A stretch of 64,000 nucleotides of DNA, taken from positions 248,001 to 312,000 of IMG/VR virus record IMGVR_UViG_3300028840_002431; one strand, given 5' to 3'. Below, one piece after another: positions 17,331 through 26,299 of this stretch. The notes beneath the pieces are model-generated. The model had not been told where the DNA came from. It was given only the letters and a program-made list of their open reading frames with translations, and ran no database searches. A program made the position numbers and the translations under genes. How positions within the stretch are numbered: the stretch's first letter is position 1; each line of letters starts with the position of its first letter.

Positions 17331-18068
17331 ATGCCAAGACCAAAAACAGAACCCATCGAGCGGACGGCAGAAGGATTCGGAGGCGACCAGGAGGAGATCG
17401 AGAAGCACCCGGCTTTCGGTCTGATTCAGTTCAGTCGAATCCAGGGAAGGCCCGGCAAGCTGTTCGGCACCCATCTGAACGACCACGGCTCGTTTATCCG
17501 AATGTCCGTGCTCAGGGCGGAACGCCGCCACCACCTGAGCTACGACCGGTATCACGGCACCATGCGGGGCCGCCCGGTAGTGGAACTCGAACTGTCCGCT
17601 GTCCAGTTCTCGGAACTGCTCACCTCCATGAACATGGGCGACGGCGTCCCCTGTACCCTTCGCCATTACGAGGGTCAGGCCATCCCTTACATCCCGGAGG
17701 ACCTCGAAACCGAGCAAGAGAAGGTGGCCGAGAACTTCAAACGCGAGATGAAGGACCTTGCGGAGACACTGACAAAGGCGGAAGCCGATGTCAGGGAAAT
17801 CCTGGCTAAGAAGTCTCTCCTGAAAGCCGACCGGGAAGCCATCAAACGTGCTTTCAGCAAAGTCGCCACGTTCCTGGCTTCTCACGCACCGTTCATCATG
17901 GACCAGTTCACAGAGAGCATCGAGAAGTCCACCAAGGCTGGCAAAGCCGAGATCGAGGCGTTCATGACAAACGCTCTGGTTTCGGCCGGACTCGAAGGTC
18001 TCAAAAAGAAGCTGGCGGAAGCTACCCAGGAACCGGCGCTCGTTTCCGGGGACCCGGAGGACGAATGA
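17331..18068 (+). CDS. Hypothetical phage protein
   Basis: RBS AGGAG; 245 aa; coupled to the next ORF. Confidence 0.65.
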   Translation: MPRPKTEPIERTAEGFGGDQEEIEKHPAFGLIQFSRIQGRPGKLFGTHLNDHGSFIRMSVLRAERRHHLSYDRYHGTMRGRPVVELELSAVQFSELLTSMNMGDGVPCTLRHYEGQAIPYIPEDLETEQEKVAENFKREMKDLAETLTKAEADVREILAKKSLLKADREAIKRAFSKVATFLASHAPFIMDQFTESIEKSTKAGKAEIEAFMTNALVSAGLEGLKKKLAEATQEPALVSGDPEDE

Positions 18069-18295
18069 GAAAGCCGTTCTTAGCACGGTTGTTCGGGTGG
18101 GAGCCTTTCACCTTCCGGCACAGGGAACGCGAGGAGGCTGTGATCACGTTCTACGCTCGTGACGAAAAGAGTGCGTGGAAGAAGATGCGTGCCTTCGTGC
18201 GAGACAAAATGTATGGCCCATGTGCGTTGTGGTACCACCCGGCTGCGGTGAATCAGGCCATGGAGGGGATCTATTTGGAGGCCGAGAATGAGTGA
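18065..18295 (+). CDS. Small hypothetical protein
   Basis: ATGA overlap, RBS GGAGG. Confidence 0.55.
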   Translation: MRKPFLARLFGWEPFTFRHREREEAVITFYARDEKSAWKKMRAFVRDKMYGPCALWYHPAAVNQAMEGIYLEAENE

Positions 18296-18530
18296 AGACG
18301 CGAAGACGAACCAGATCTTGAGGCTGATCCGGAACCGCCTGAAAGAAGAGAACAAGACCCTCGAAGCTGCATTCAAGGGCGCGACAGACGAGTTGGAATG
18401 GTTGCGCACCAAAGGGAAAGAAGCACGGGTCCCGTCCGTAGAAGATCTGACACGCCGGGTCGGTAACGTAAGAACGACGTTGGCGCGGATCGAGCTTCTA
18501 CGGGAACTCGAAGAGGAAATCTCAGATTGA
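18288..18530 (+). CDS. Small hypothetical protein
   Basis: RBS GGAGG; part of a coupled chain. Confidence 0.55.
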   Translation: MSEDAKTNQILRLIRNRLKEENKTLEAAFKGATDELEWLRTKGKEARVPSVEDLTRRVGNVRTTLARIELLRELEEEISD

Positions 18531-18790
18531 CGAAAGAAGAGAGGATAACAAGAGCCGTAGCCGAAATTAACAAACGGTTCCGATTACGCACAGAGGACTT
18601 CGACCGGATTGTTGAGGCTCACAGCCTAGACCCAGATGACGACGACCTAATCAGCAAGCTCATCGACGACGGCTGGGAGCACGTCCTCTGGGAAGCGTAT
18701 AAAGGAGGCTTCGCGTACATGAACACCAACGATGAACCCGAACCACCTCCGCTACTTTTTCAAGAAATCATGAGGGACGAAAGGCGATAG
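18527..18790 (+). CDS. Small hypothetical protein ending PPPLLFQEIMRDERR
   Basis: TTG start overlapping the previous stop. Confidence 0.5.
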   Translation: MTKEERITRAVAEINKRFRLRTEDFDRIVEAHSLDPDDDDLISKLIDDGWEHVLWEAYKGGFAYMNTNDEPEPPPLLFQEIMRDERR

Positions 18791-18794
18791 AGAG

Positions 18795-19022
18795 ATGGCG
18801 AAGCCGAAATGTGCGCTCTGCAAGGAAAAATCCGCGAAGATGTTGCCGCGTGTGCAGAATCGAGTTGGGTCGGCAGAGGAACCAGGATTCTGCTCAGTGA
18901 CGTGCGCGGCGATCTACGGACTGATCGCGCTGAACGGCAACGAACACCTGTGCTCGAAAACAGGCGAGTGGGAGATCGAGCCGATCGCGTGCGCCGAGTG
19001 TATGGCTAACGACGAGGAGTGA
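18795..19022 (+). CDS. Small Cys-rich protein
   Basis: CALC, CSVTC, CAEC. Confidence 0.5.
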   Translation: MAKPKCALCKEKSAKMLPRVQNRVGSAEEPGFCSVTCAAIYGLIALNGNEHLCSKTGEWEIEPIACAECMANDEE

Positions 19023-19023
19023 A

Positions 19024-19311
19024 ATGGGCGACGTAGGCGACATGGGTCGTGCGATACGAGAGCACACACGGGAGAAGCACGCCGAGTGGCATCGACGGAA
19101 CCGTGGCCGCCTGGAGAAGTCAGGTATCCCGTTCACGGACCGGGGAGAAACCCTCCTGTTCCGAGAAGAGGGCAAGCCGATGGTGGACTTCTACCCTTCG
19201 ACCGGGCGCTGGCGAGTTCCGAACGAGAACCTCAAGACGTTTAGCGGCGGAGCGGGCAAGTTCCTCAAGTGGTACGAGAGGCAAAAACGAGATGTCAGAT
19301 CCGACATATGA
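19024..19311 (+). CDS. Hypothetical protein
   Basis: RBS GAGGAG; VDFYPSTGRW motif. Confidence 0.6.
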   Translation: MGDVGDMGRAIREHTREKHAEWHRRNRGRLEKSGIPFTDRGETLLFREEGKPMVDFYPSTGRWRVPNENLKTFSGGAGKFLKWYERQKRDVRSDI

Positions 19312-19780
19312 AATAGGCAAAAACGAGAAAGGGGAGCGGTACATCAAGTGCCTGACGTGCGGGATGGCGAGCTACCATCCGCAAGACATTGCGCACCTGT
19401 ACTGCGGGAAGTGTCATAAATTCCACTACGGCCCTAACGATCTCGACCCCGGCGATTATGCCCCGATTCACATGTGGTTCGGCTTGACCTACGCCAGTTG
19501 GTTGACCATACCCCGTGTCCTCATGGAAGCCATGCCGCTCCAATGGCAGAAGGATATGGTGCGTTTACTCAACGAGTTCAACGAGGAGTTCCCCCGCTGG
19601 TTGCCGGAAGACTTGTCCATCCATCTGTCCGGGAAACGACGCGGCAAGTATGCGTCCTTACCCAGAGAATTACACGAATACCGGCACCCGGACCGGCAAT
19701 GGTTAGCGCAGCAACACAGGAGTCATAACCATGACGAAATGCTCAATGAAACCGATAAAGATATACGCGGAAAACGCTGA
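19292..19780 (+). CDS. Zinc-ribbon-containing hypothetical protein
   Basis: CLTCG...YCGKCH followed by WFGLTYASWLTIPRVLM. Confidence 0.55.
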   Translation: MSDPTYEIGKNEKGERYIKCLTCGMASYHPQDIAHLYCGKCHKFHYGPNDLDPGDYAPIHMWFGLTYASWLTIPRVLMEAMPLQWQKDMVRLLNEFNEEFPRWLPEDLSIHLSGKRRGKYASLPRELHEYRHPDRQWLAQQHRSHNHDEMLNETDKDIRGKR

Positions 19781-20855
19781 CCCCAAAGCGCTGCACCAGT
19801 TCTATACAGCCATGGAACAGGACGCCGCCGTCCAGGGGGCGGTCATGCCCGACGTTCACGCGGGCTACTCATTACCCATCGGAGGGGTGGTGGCCACGGA
19901 GGGTGTAATATTTCCTTCGTGGGTCGGGTACGACATTGGGTGTGGAATGTGTGCTCAAGGCTTCTCTTTCGGAAGGGGAGCCGTCGAAGCCTACAGGCAA
20001 GAGATCTTCGAGAAGATCTATGAAGCCGTCCCGATCGGCCTTGGTAAATACCACGAGGGTCGGAAAAAGCTCACCTGGAAGAACGGTCCGCGCCCGATGC
20101 CCGAACACACGGAAGCCGTAAAAGAGATTCTCGCCAAGAAGAACGGCGAGTCACAGTTGGGCACTCTTGGGAGCGGGAACCACTTCATCGAGATAGGCTA
20201 CGACGAAGACGATATGATCTGGGTGATCGTCCACTCAGGGTCGAGAGGCGTTGGCCATGCGACGGCCACACACTACATGAAGCTGGCCGGGGGAGGAAAA
20301 GCCAGGGAAGGCCACTTCGGACTCAGGGTCGATAGCACAGAGGGCCATGCCTACCAGATTGACCTGAACTTCTGCCTGGAGTTCGCCCTGGAAAACCGAC
20401 GGCAAATGCTGACGACGATCTACACGGTGATGAAATCGTTCTGTGACGGAGAGCCGACGACAGAGCTTATCAACCGAAACCACAACCACGCCGAGAGTAA
20501 GGACGGCCGGTGGATTCACCGGAAAGGGGCCACCCACGCCGAAGAAGGAATGGCAGGAGTCATCCCCGGCAACATGAGGGACGGCTCCTTCATCGTGGAG
20601 GGGAAAGGCAACCCGGAGTCCCTGTGCTCCAGTTCCCACGGTGCCGGTCGTGTGAAGAGTCGGAGTCAAGCGAAGAAGACCATCGACTTCACGACGTTCA
20701 AGGAGGAGATGGAGGGCATCACCGCGAAAGTCGAGCCGTCAGTCATCGACGAGTCTCCGGGAGCCTACAAGGACATCTTTGAGGTCATGAGGCTACAGTC
20801 CGGACTCGTGGACGTGAAACACCACGTGAGACCGATCATCAACGTAAAGGCGTGA
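19731..20855 (+). CDS. rtcB: RtcB family RNA ligase
   Basis: PDVHAG, VGYDIGCG, GTLGSGNHFIE, HSGSRG, HNH, HRKGAT, HGAGR, DESPGAYK. Confidence 0.95.
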   Translation: MTKCSMKPIKIYAENADPKALHQFYTAMEQDAAVQGAVMPDVHAGYSLPIGGVVATEGVIFPSWVGYDIGCGMCAQGFSFGRGAVEAYRQEIFEKIYEAVPIGLGKYHEGRKKLTWKNGPRPMPEHTEAVKEILAKKNGESQLGTLGSGNHFIEIGYDEDDMIWVIVHSGSRGVGHATATHYMKLAGGGKAREGHFGLRVDSTEGHAYQIDLNFCLEFALENRRQMLTTIYTVMKSFCDGEPTTELINRNHNHAESKDGRWIHRKGATHAEEGMAGVIPGNMRDGSFIVEGKGNPESLCSSSHGAGRVKSRSQAKKTIDFTTFKEEMEGITAKVEPSVIDESPGAYKDIFEVMRLQSGLVDVKHHVRPIINVKA

Positions 20856-20856
20856 C

Positions 20857-21357
20857 ATGCCGACCAAAGAGCAGAAGAGAAGGGCCGAAGTAAAAAAGAA
20901 GAAGGCCGAAGCCGAAGCCCAGCATCTGGACGTAGCTGTTAAAACGGTGAACTACTGGCTCCAGCGTGCCAGGGCCGACGGCCGGGAAGAGTTCGTTGTG
21001 ACTGTGGAGCCGATGCGCCTGATTCTGGCCGCTCTCGAAAAGGAACTGGACGCCCTCAAGGACTGGAAGCGCGAGGCCAAGAAGAAAAAGAAGGCTCTCA
21101 AGCAACTGTCCGGTTGCGTCTCGTCTTTCCTGGTCTCCCTGGACACCCTCATGAACGAACCGGAGTCCTACGAGAGAGGCCGTAAATTCGCCCGAATTGC
21201 TAACACCCTGGACAGGGCCAATGATGAAGCCCGGTATTTCGAGCTAGGGGTGGACCACCGGAAAGACGAGAAAAAGCATGATCCTCTTGTAAGCTCGCAG
21301 GGGTATGAAGCTTGCCGAACGTGTGGCTGCCCGGTACCGGGAAGCGATAATTCGTAA
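20857..21357 (+). CDS. Hypothetical protein
   Basis: ORF immediately after rtcB. Confidence 0.5.
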   Translation: MPTKEQKRRAEVKKKKAEAEAQHLDVAVKTVNYWLQRARADGREEFVVTVEPMRLILAALEKELDALKDWKREAKKKKKALKQLSGCVSSFLVSLDTLMNEPESYERGRKFARIANTLDRANDEARYFELGVDHRKDEKKHDPLVSSQGYEACRTCGCPVPGSDNS

Positions 21358-21673
21358 AGAAAAGGGCGAATTCTGCGTCCGCTCGCCTAACAATCCCGAC
21401 TGGAACGGGGGTTGTTACCCCACCGAGGGAGAGGCCAAGAAGCGCCTCCAACAGGTGGAGTTCTTCAAGCATAAGAAAGCCTGGGAAGGGAATGAACCTA
21501 ACGAGTCTGAAGATCTGGCCGTGACGACATACGAAGCGTCAGAGGCCGCCGCCGACTACATCAAGCGGCATCTTCCCCGTTACTTCAAAATCGATTCCGG
21601 GACCCTTAGGCAGATCCAGAAGGCCACGTACTCAGCCATGGCTGATATCCTGTCTCGGAAGTACCAACAGTAG
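21305..21673 (+). CDS. Small protein with N-terminal RVAARY tag (candidate virion protein)
   Basis: MKLAERVAARYREA followed by IIRKEKGEFCV...EAKKRLQQVEFFK. Confidence 0.6.
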   Translation: MKLAERVAARYREAIIRKEKGEFCVRSPNNPDWNGGCYPTEGEAKKRLQQVEFFKHKKAWEGNEPNESEDLAVTTYEASEAAADYIKRHLPRYFKIDSGTLRQIQKATYSAMADILSRKYQQ

Positions 21674-21675
21674 GC

Positions 21676-22104
21676 TCACTTCGGCCGCATTCTAACAACG
21701 CGGATAACTTGCGCGGGGGAGAACGGTGTCGTTGTGGTCGATGTCGTAGCCCAAGAAGTAAACGGCGACGCGCCAGCCCAAGTGTAAGATCCGTTATCCA
21801 CCGTGTAAGTAACCTGGAAGGTGGGAACTGGTACGGGAGCCTGAACCTTTGTCTTGTCTAACTCTTCGAGGACACGGCCTAACAAGACAAAGAACTCCGC
21901 CTTGTCTTGGTCTCCCTGTGTCCGGTCGGGGTGTAGCTCTAACGCCAGCTTCTTATACTGCCGGTGCGCTTTCTTCTTGAGATCATCAAGGAGTGTTTGC
22001 GCCTGAGGGAGTGGTGATCTACGGATAGCTTCTAGATCCGTCTGGGTGACGCCGAGCGCTTGTAACGCCTTCTGGGCATCTTGTGGCGGAATCGGTGCTG
22101 GCAT
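21676..22104 (-). CDS. J-domain (DnaJ-like) protein
   Basis: YKKLALELHPDRTQGD (HPD motif); likely start MPAPIP at 22104. Confidence 0.7.
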   Translation of the reverse strand: MPAPIPPQDAQKALQALGVTQTDLEAIRRSPLPQAQTLLDDLKKKAHRQYKKLALELHPDRTQGDQDKAEFFVLLGRVLEELDKTKVQAPVPVPTFQVTYTVDNGSYTWAGASPFTSWATTSTTTTPFSPAQVIRVVRMRPK

Positions 22105-22120
22105 GGTGTAACCTACACTA
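22104..22120. promoter_or_regulatory. Overlapping bidirectional promoter motifs
   Basis: Plus: TGGTG-TAACCT; minus: TAGTG-TAGGTT-acacc-ATG. Confidence 0.5.
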
Positions 22121-22137
22121 GCCGAGAAACAAGAAGA

Positions 22138-22860
22138 ATGCCCGCAGATAGCCCGCAAATTGGCGAGACTTGGTTCAACCCGGTCGCCCAAGTGAATGGT
22201 ATTGTCGCTTCCATCGACGAAGAACGAATTTATTTCGTGAGCCTCACCGGGAAACGAGCGCCCATACCATTGAGGAGCGTTCTCCACGTTTGGGAGTTTC
22301 GAAAAGCTGCACCGAATACTTACAGACGGTGTTCCCGAGAGGGGTGCGACCGGAACGCCTTTATCCAATACGAACGCCCACGAAAGGGGTTAGAGATCGT
22401 CTGCCCCTTTCACGTCCCCAGAGGCGTCGAATCAACCATTTACACAGACGATACGCGCCGACGAGACTTCTTCAAAGCTGAGACGTGCGAGAAGTGCGGT
22501 ACGGACGGAACCGAAGTCTTCGGGGAGATGCCCGTGGAGTTAGCGGTAAAGGCGACCATGTGGAACTGCCAAACGTGCGGGATATGGTGGCTCAACGGGA
22601 CCATACCGGAAATGGAGACTCCGGAGCGGTTCGTTCGAGGCTCAAAATCAGTAGAGAACGCTGGCTCTGACGTTCTCAACGAAGCGATCCGAAAATTCCA
22701 CGGCATCCCTGGCTACCGAGGTGTTCGCGCCGAGACGTGGGTCAATCCACACAACATGGACTTGGGTTTCAACGTGTTCCTGAAACCCGGCCGCGATCAC
22801 GAGTTGAAAGGGCCTCAACCCCTGACCCTCTTTGACTACTTGAAGATGGACGACTTTTAG
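22138..22860 (+). CDS. Cys-rich hypothetical protein ending TLFDYLKMDDF
   Basis: CSREGC, CPFH, CEKC, CQTC; start MPADSP. Confidence 0.6.
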   Translation: MPADSPQIGETWFNPVAQVNGIVASIDEERIYFVSLTGKRAPIPLRSVLHVWEFRKAAPNTYRRCSREGCDRNAFIQYERPRKGLEIVCPFHVPRGVESTIYTDDTRRRDFFKAETCEKCGTDGTEVFGEMPVELAVKATMWNCQTCGIWWLNGTIPEMETPERFVRGSKSVENAGSDVLNEAIRKFHGIPGYRGVRAETWVNPHNMDLGFNVFLKPGRDHELKGPQPLTLFDYLKMDDF

Positions 22861-22987
22861 CGAAGAGCGCTCTCAAGGCCGGGGTCGGAGGTCGTGGGTT
22901 CTCCAACAGATCGAGCACTCGTGCGGCCGACCCAGGTGTTAGAATCAGCGGTTGGAGCCAGGGCTTCTTTTTAGGCGTACCGGTCAC
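22769..22987 (-). CDS. Possible DUF1778 (TacA antitoxin) C-terminal-like peptide
   Basis: LILTPGSAARVLDLLENPRPPTPALRALF; overlaps the convergent gene by about 90 nt. Confidence 0.35.
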   Translation of the reverse strand: MTGTPKKKPWLQPLILTPGSAARVLDLLENPRPPTPALRALFAKSRPSSSSQRGSGVEALSTRDRGRVSGTR

Positions 22988-23561
22988 GCCGTCCCCACGC
23001 TGCGACCTGGACCGCGATTCTGTAGAAAGCCGTATCGTTGACAGACGCCGTCTTACTCCCCGGCAGACTCAACGGGAACTTGACGACAAGGCGGCCCGTA
23101 CCACGATTGGAACCCCACAGGACGAGTTCGTGAGCACCCCACGTTATTTCGGGGATGTCCAGGTCCACTTTTGTTTCCTCGTCGGGGGAGTAGGCCAGGG
23201 TCGTGTGAGGCTTGTAATCCGGGAACTTCTTATCGTAAGGGATCGCCGCTCTGTCCAGGGCCTCGCAGAGTTTCTCGCGGAACTCATGTAAGGGAGGGGA
23301 CTCAATTTCAGCGATTACAGGAACCCCGTCTTCTCCCGCTGGGAAGTTAGATATGTGGTTGGTTGAGACGGAGAAGGGAATTGTCTTTGAAACCACGTCG
23401 AAAATAACCGGGACTGCCTTTCCTACCCGCTCGATAGGAATATCTTTCCCGAGATAGATGATCGTGATGTGCGGGTCCTCTTTTTCGGAATCTCCTGGTA
23501 CAGGAACTTCTCTTAGAACCCTTGCAGTCTCCTCAGGCACCTGTAGCATCAACGCGGCCAT
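22971..23561 (-). CDS. 2H phosphoesterase (LigT/Acb1-like)
   Basis: Two HxT motifs: PHITIIYLG and KPHTTLAY. Confidence 0.85.
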   Translation of the reverse strand: MAALMLQVPEETARVLREVPVPGDSEKEDPHITIIYLGKDIPIERVGKAVPVIFDVVSKTIPFSVSTNHISNFPAGEDGVPVIAEIESPPLHEFREKLCEALDRAAIPYDKKFPDYKPHTTLAYSPDEETKVDLDIPEITWGAHELVLWGSNRGTGRLVVKFPLSLPGSKTASVNDTAFYRIAVQVAAWGRRDRYA

Positions 23562-23600
23562 AACTCTCCCTTACCGTACCATTTCTTACAAGTCGAATTT

Positions 23601-23612
23601 CCGGTGTAAATT
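23601..23612 (+). promoter_or_regulatory. Promoter motif CCGGTGTAAATT, 5 nt before ATG
   Basis: CCGGTG-TAAATT-atatt-ATG(23618). Confidence 0.65.
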
Positions 23613-23617
23613 ATATT

Positions 23618-24319
23618 ATGACCTCACTTCTTGTTTGTCTCGCTCTGTCGATCGCCTTCTGTTTTGTGTTCGTGAAGGCCCAAGACAAGATCGCCCGGTT
23701 CATAGCCAAGAAGATGATCGAGAACGATGAGAAAAAGAAAGCCGAAACGGAGCGAGAAAAGTTAGACAGATTGATCTCCAAGACCGCTGAAAACATCGGT
23801 AGGGGCCTTAATGAGAGAGAAGAAACTCGTGAGCAAGAAAACCCCGCCGAAGAAGCACAAGAGGGACGTGGGGTCGTAGGTATAAGCGGCACCAGTGGGG
23901 GCCAATTTTCAGGTGTTTTAGGCACAGGTGTTATAGGACACAATGGAAGCACGGGGGAACACCACTGGGAAATACGCGGCAGCGATGAGCAGTTGAGGCG
24001 TCTGGAAGCCAACCTGGAAAGAATGACACAGGCTCTGGAACGTGCGGGTGATCGGACCGATGCGCTGTCCAACAGCATACGGTCCAACCTTGTTCGATCC
24101 ATGGCCCAAAGCCCGGACTACTCCGTCTTTCTCGAAGAAATGCAACGGAGGCAAGAGAACATAAGTCAACGCCTTGTTCCCGGCAACCTTCATTTTTCCA
24201 TGTCGGCAACCATGTCTGAGTCGAAGACAACGAAGCCAAAACCAGAACCCAAGGCGGAACCCAAAGAGCCGCCGCCAAAGACGCTCTACGACCACCTGAC
24301 CGAAGACGGCTCAGAGTAA
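23618..24319 (+). CDS. N-terminally membrane-anchored protein ending TLYDHLTEDGSE
   Basis: Hydrophobic residues 4-19; coiled coil; Pro/Lys linker. Confidence 0.65.
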   Translation: MTSLLVCLALSIAFCFVFVKAQDKIARFIAKKMIENDEKKKAETEREKLDRLISKTAENIGRGLNEREETREQENPAEEAQEGRGVVGISGTSGGQFSGVLGTGVIGHNGSTGEHHWEIRGSDEQLRRLEANLERMTQALERAGDRTDALSNSIRSNLVRSMAQSPDYSVFLEEMQRRQENISQRLVPGNLHFSMSATMSESKTTKPKPEPKAEPKEPPPKTLYDHLTEDGSE

Positions 24320-24751
24320 TCGAGGCGCTACCCACTCCGGGAGTAGAAGGTCGTCTTTCGTACACCCAAACGCCAGCCAGCGTTCCGGCTCCTTTTCGAA
24401 CATGGGTCTGCCGATGATCGACACCTTGTTGAACATCAGACCGTAACCTCTGGCGACGTACGCCCGGTCGGGCCATTTCATACAACCCGCGAATACAACA
24501 TCCGCGATCTTACTGAACTGATCTAACATCCACGCTTCATTGGCCGGTGGAGCGAAAACAAAAACACGATCGTTAACTGTACCAAAAGTTAACGCTGCGA
24601 CGATCACGGCTTCTAACAACTCAGAATCCAAGGATTGATTAGAAACTCCTCGAAAACTTGGAAACTTGTTATAAAATTCTTGTTGTTTTTCCGTCGCCTC
24701 TTTATCGAGTAATGTACGATGCTTCACTCTGAGTGGTGTATTAACGGGCAT
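24311..24751 (-). CDS. Hypothetical protein
   Basis: ATG lies 5 nt after TGGTGTAATAT (24757-24767, minus). Confidence 0.6.
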   Translation of the reverse strand: MPVNTPLRVKHRTLLDKEATEKQQEFYNKFPSFRGVSNQSLDSELLEAVIVAALTFGTVNDRVFVFAPPANEAWMLDQFSKIADVVFAGCMKWPDRAYVARGYGLMFNKVSIIGRPMFEKEPERWLAFGCTKDDLLLPEWVAPRLL

Positions 24752-24907
24752 ATACGATATTACACCAAAGATACGAGGTCGGTAGTCTTCTTGTCATAAA
24801 TGTACCTGCGAATATAAAACCGGGACGAGATCCAGACCAAAAACTAGCATAGTTAGAATCAGCTAGTCGCTGGAACTCGGAAGATGGGATTCAGTGTAGG
24901 AGCTTAT

Positions 24908-25786
24908 ATGCGACTCTTATTGCCTTCGTTATCGTTCATCGTTGTTGTGCTGGCGCTAACGCCGATCAAGGCAGAACATAACCCAAAGGTTCCGCCAGAA
25001 GAGTGGACCCTAGAGACACAACTTAAGGCCGCTCACATGTTGTATGGAGAGGCGTCGTTTGAGTTCCAGGATATTCAGATCCTCAACATCGCCAAGAGGA
25101 GACAGAACATTCTGAACGCCGCGCAACAACGAGAGTGTAAGCGGAAAGGCATACCTGCGAACGAGTGTTCCCACGTCACATTTCTCGACACCATGCAAGC
25201 CTACTCGTTCGCCATCAAGCCCGGACACGATAAGGTTCTCCGTCGAATGTTGAAACACGCCAAGGCGAAAAGGGCGAAGGCCGAGATCGAGTTGCAGGAG
25301 CTTATCGAGGCCGGGGCGGATATGAAGAACCAGAAGCGTCTACGCCGAGACGTAGACAGGTTCACCAAACGAGCCAACAATCTCCGGAAGCGTTTACGCC
25401 GTTGGAAGCAGGTCCAGGATATGCCGTGGGGCGACTATGACGGGTGGCCCAGCAACTACAACAAAGAGCGCTGCAACAAGAAATGGGCGACAATCCGAGA
25501 GCTTGTAATCCGTTGGAATAACGGGGAAATTCGGGACGCTTGCCCGAACACGACCCACTGGGGCGGCCGAAAAATCGACCCTGTTCAGCCGGGCTACAAA
25601 GAAGAACCTTGCCACAACACGGCCGGTGGTTTACTGCCCCAAAAGACAGAGACCGTGAACGCCATGTTGAAACAGACAGGTTATCGGGGAATCAAACGAC
25701 ACAGGAGTCGTGGCCGTGTTATCGACGCCCAAAAGGTGAAGAAGGCGTTCCAGAACGGACCGCTGACGTTCACCAATATCCGATAA
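24908..25786 (+). CDS. Secreted protein, possible SleB/Hydrolase_2-like cell wall hydrolase
   Basis: Signal peptide; AAHMLYGEAS..ILNIAKRR and DACPNTTHW resemble SleB-type motifs; RBS AGGAG. Confidence 0.45.
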   Translation: MRLLLPSLSFIVVVLALTPIKAEHNPKVPPEEWTLETQLKAAHMLYGEASFEFQDIQILNIAKRRQNILNAAQQRECKRKGIPANECSHVTFLDTMQAYSFAIKPGHDKVLRRMLKHAKAKRAKAEIELQELIEAGADMKNQKRLRRDVDRFTKRANNLRKRLRRWKQVQDMPWGDYDGWPSNYNKERCNKKWATIRELVIRWNNGEIRDACPNTTHWGGRKIDPVQPGYKEEPCHNTAGGLLPQKTETVNAMLKQTGYRGIKRHRSRGRVIDAQKVKKAFQNGPLTFTNIR

Positions 25787-25828
25787 GTTGAACATCCCTT
25801 TATTCGATTATCTCAGTAGAGGGGTACT

Positions 25829-26299
25829 ATGAAAGATCACGAGCTAGTCGAATTCCGGGTCCGTTGTGCAACTGCTCAAACCTTTCAGCGGAAGATTGCA
25901 AACGCAGATGTGTATGCCGCTGAGTTGGAAGGTGAGACCGGGCCACTTCCACTTCCGCCCGGAGTGCCAAAGCATTCCCCGGCACATCTGATCCTTCTCC
26001 TCGACAAGGTCATCAAGATCCGATCCGGGAAGGAAAAGAAGGCCGAGCCGCCAAAGGCTAAGGCCGAGCCTAAGCCGAAAGCAAAGGCCGCTCCTAAGGC
26101 AGCGCCGAAGGCCAAGGCCAAGAAGGCCGAGCCTAAGCCGAAAGCAAAGGCCAAACCAGCCAAGAAGAAGGCTGCGCCCAAGAAGAAGAAAGCTGCCGCG
26201 AAGAAGGCTAAGCCAGCCGCCAAGGCCAAGAAGAAGGCTGCCCCTAAGAAGAAGGCTGCTACCAAGAAAAAGGCCGCTAAGAAGAAGGCCCGGCGCTAG
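25829..26299 (+). CDS. Histone H1-like Lys/Ala/Pro-rich DNA-binding protein
   Basis: C-terminal ~85 aa of KAEPKPKAKA / KKKAAP repeats. Confidence 0.75.
   Translation: MKDHELVEFRVRCATAQTFQRKIANADVYAAELEGETGPLPLPPGVPKHSPAHLILLLDKVIKIRSGKEKKAEPPKAKAEPKPKAKAAPKAAPKAKAKKAEPKPKAKAKPAKKKAAPKKKKAAAKKAKPAAKAKKKAAPKKKAATKKKAAKKKARR

Noticed and set aside
26030-26299. Tandem DNA repeats as a regulatory array
   Set aside because: They are explained by the Lys/Ala/Pro codons of the histone-like protein.
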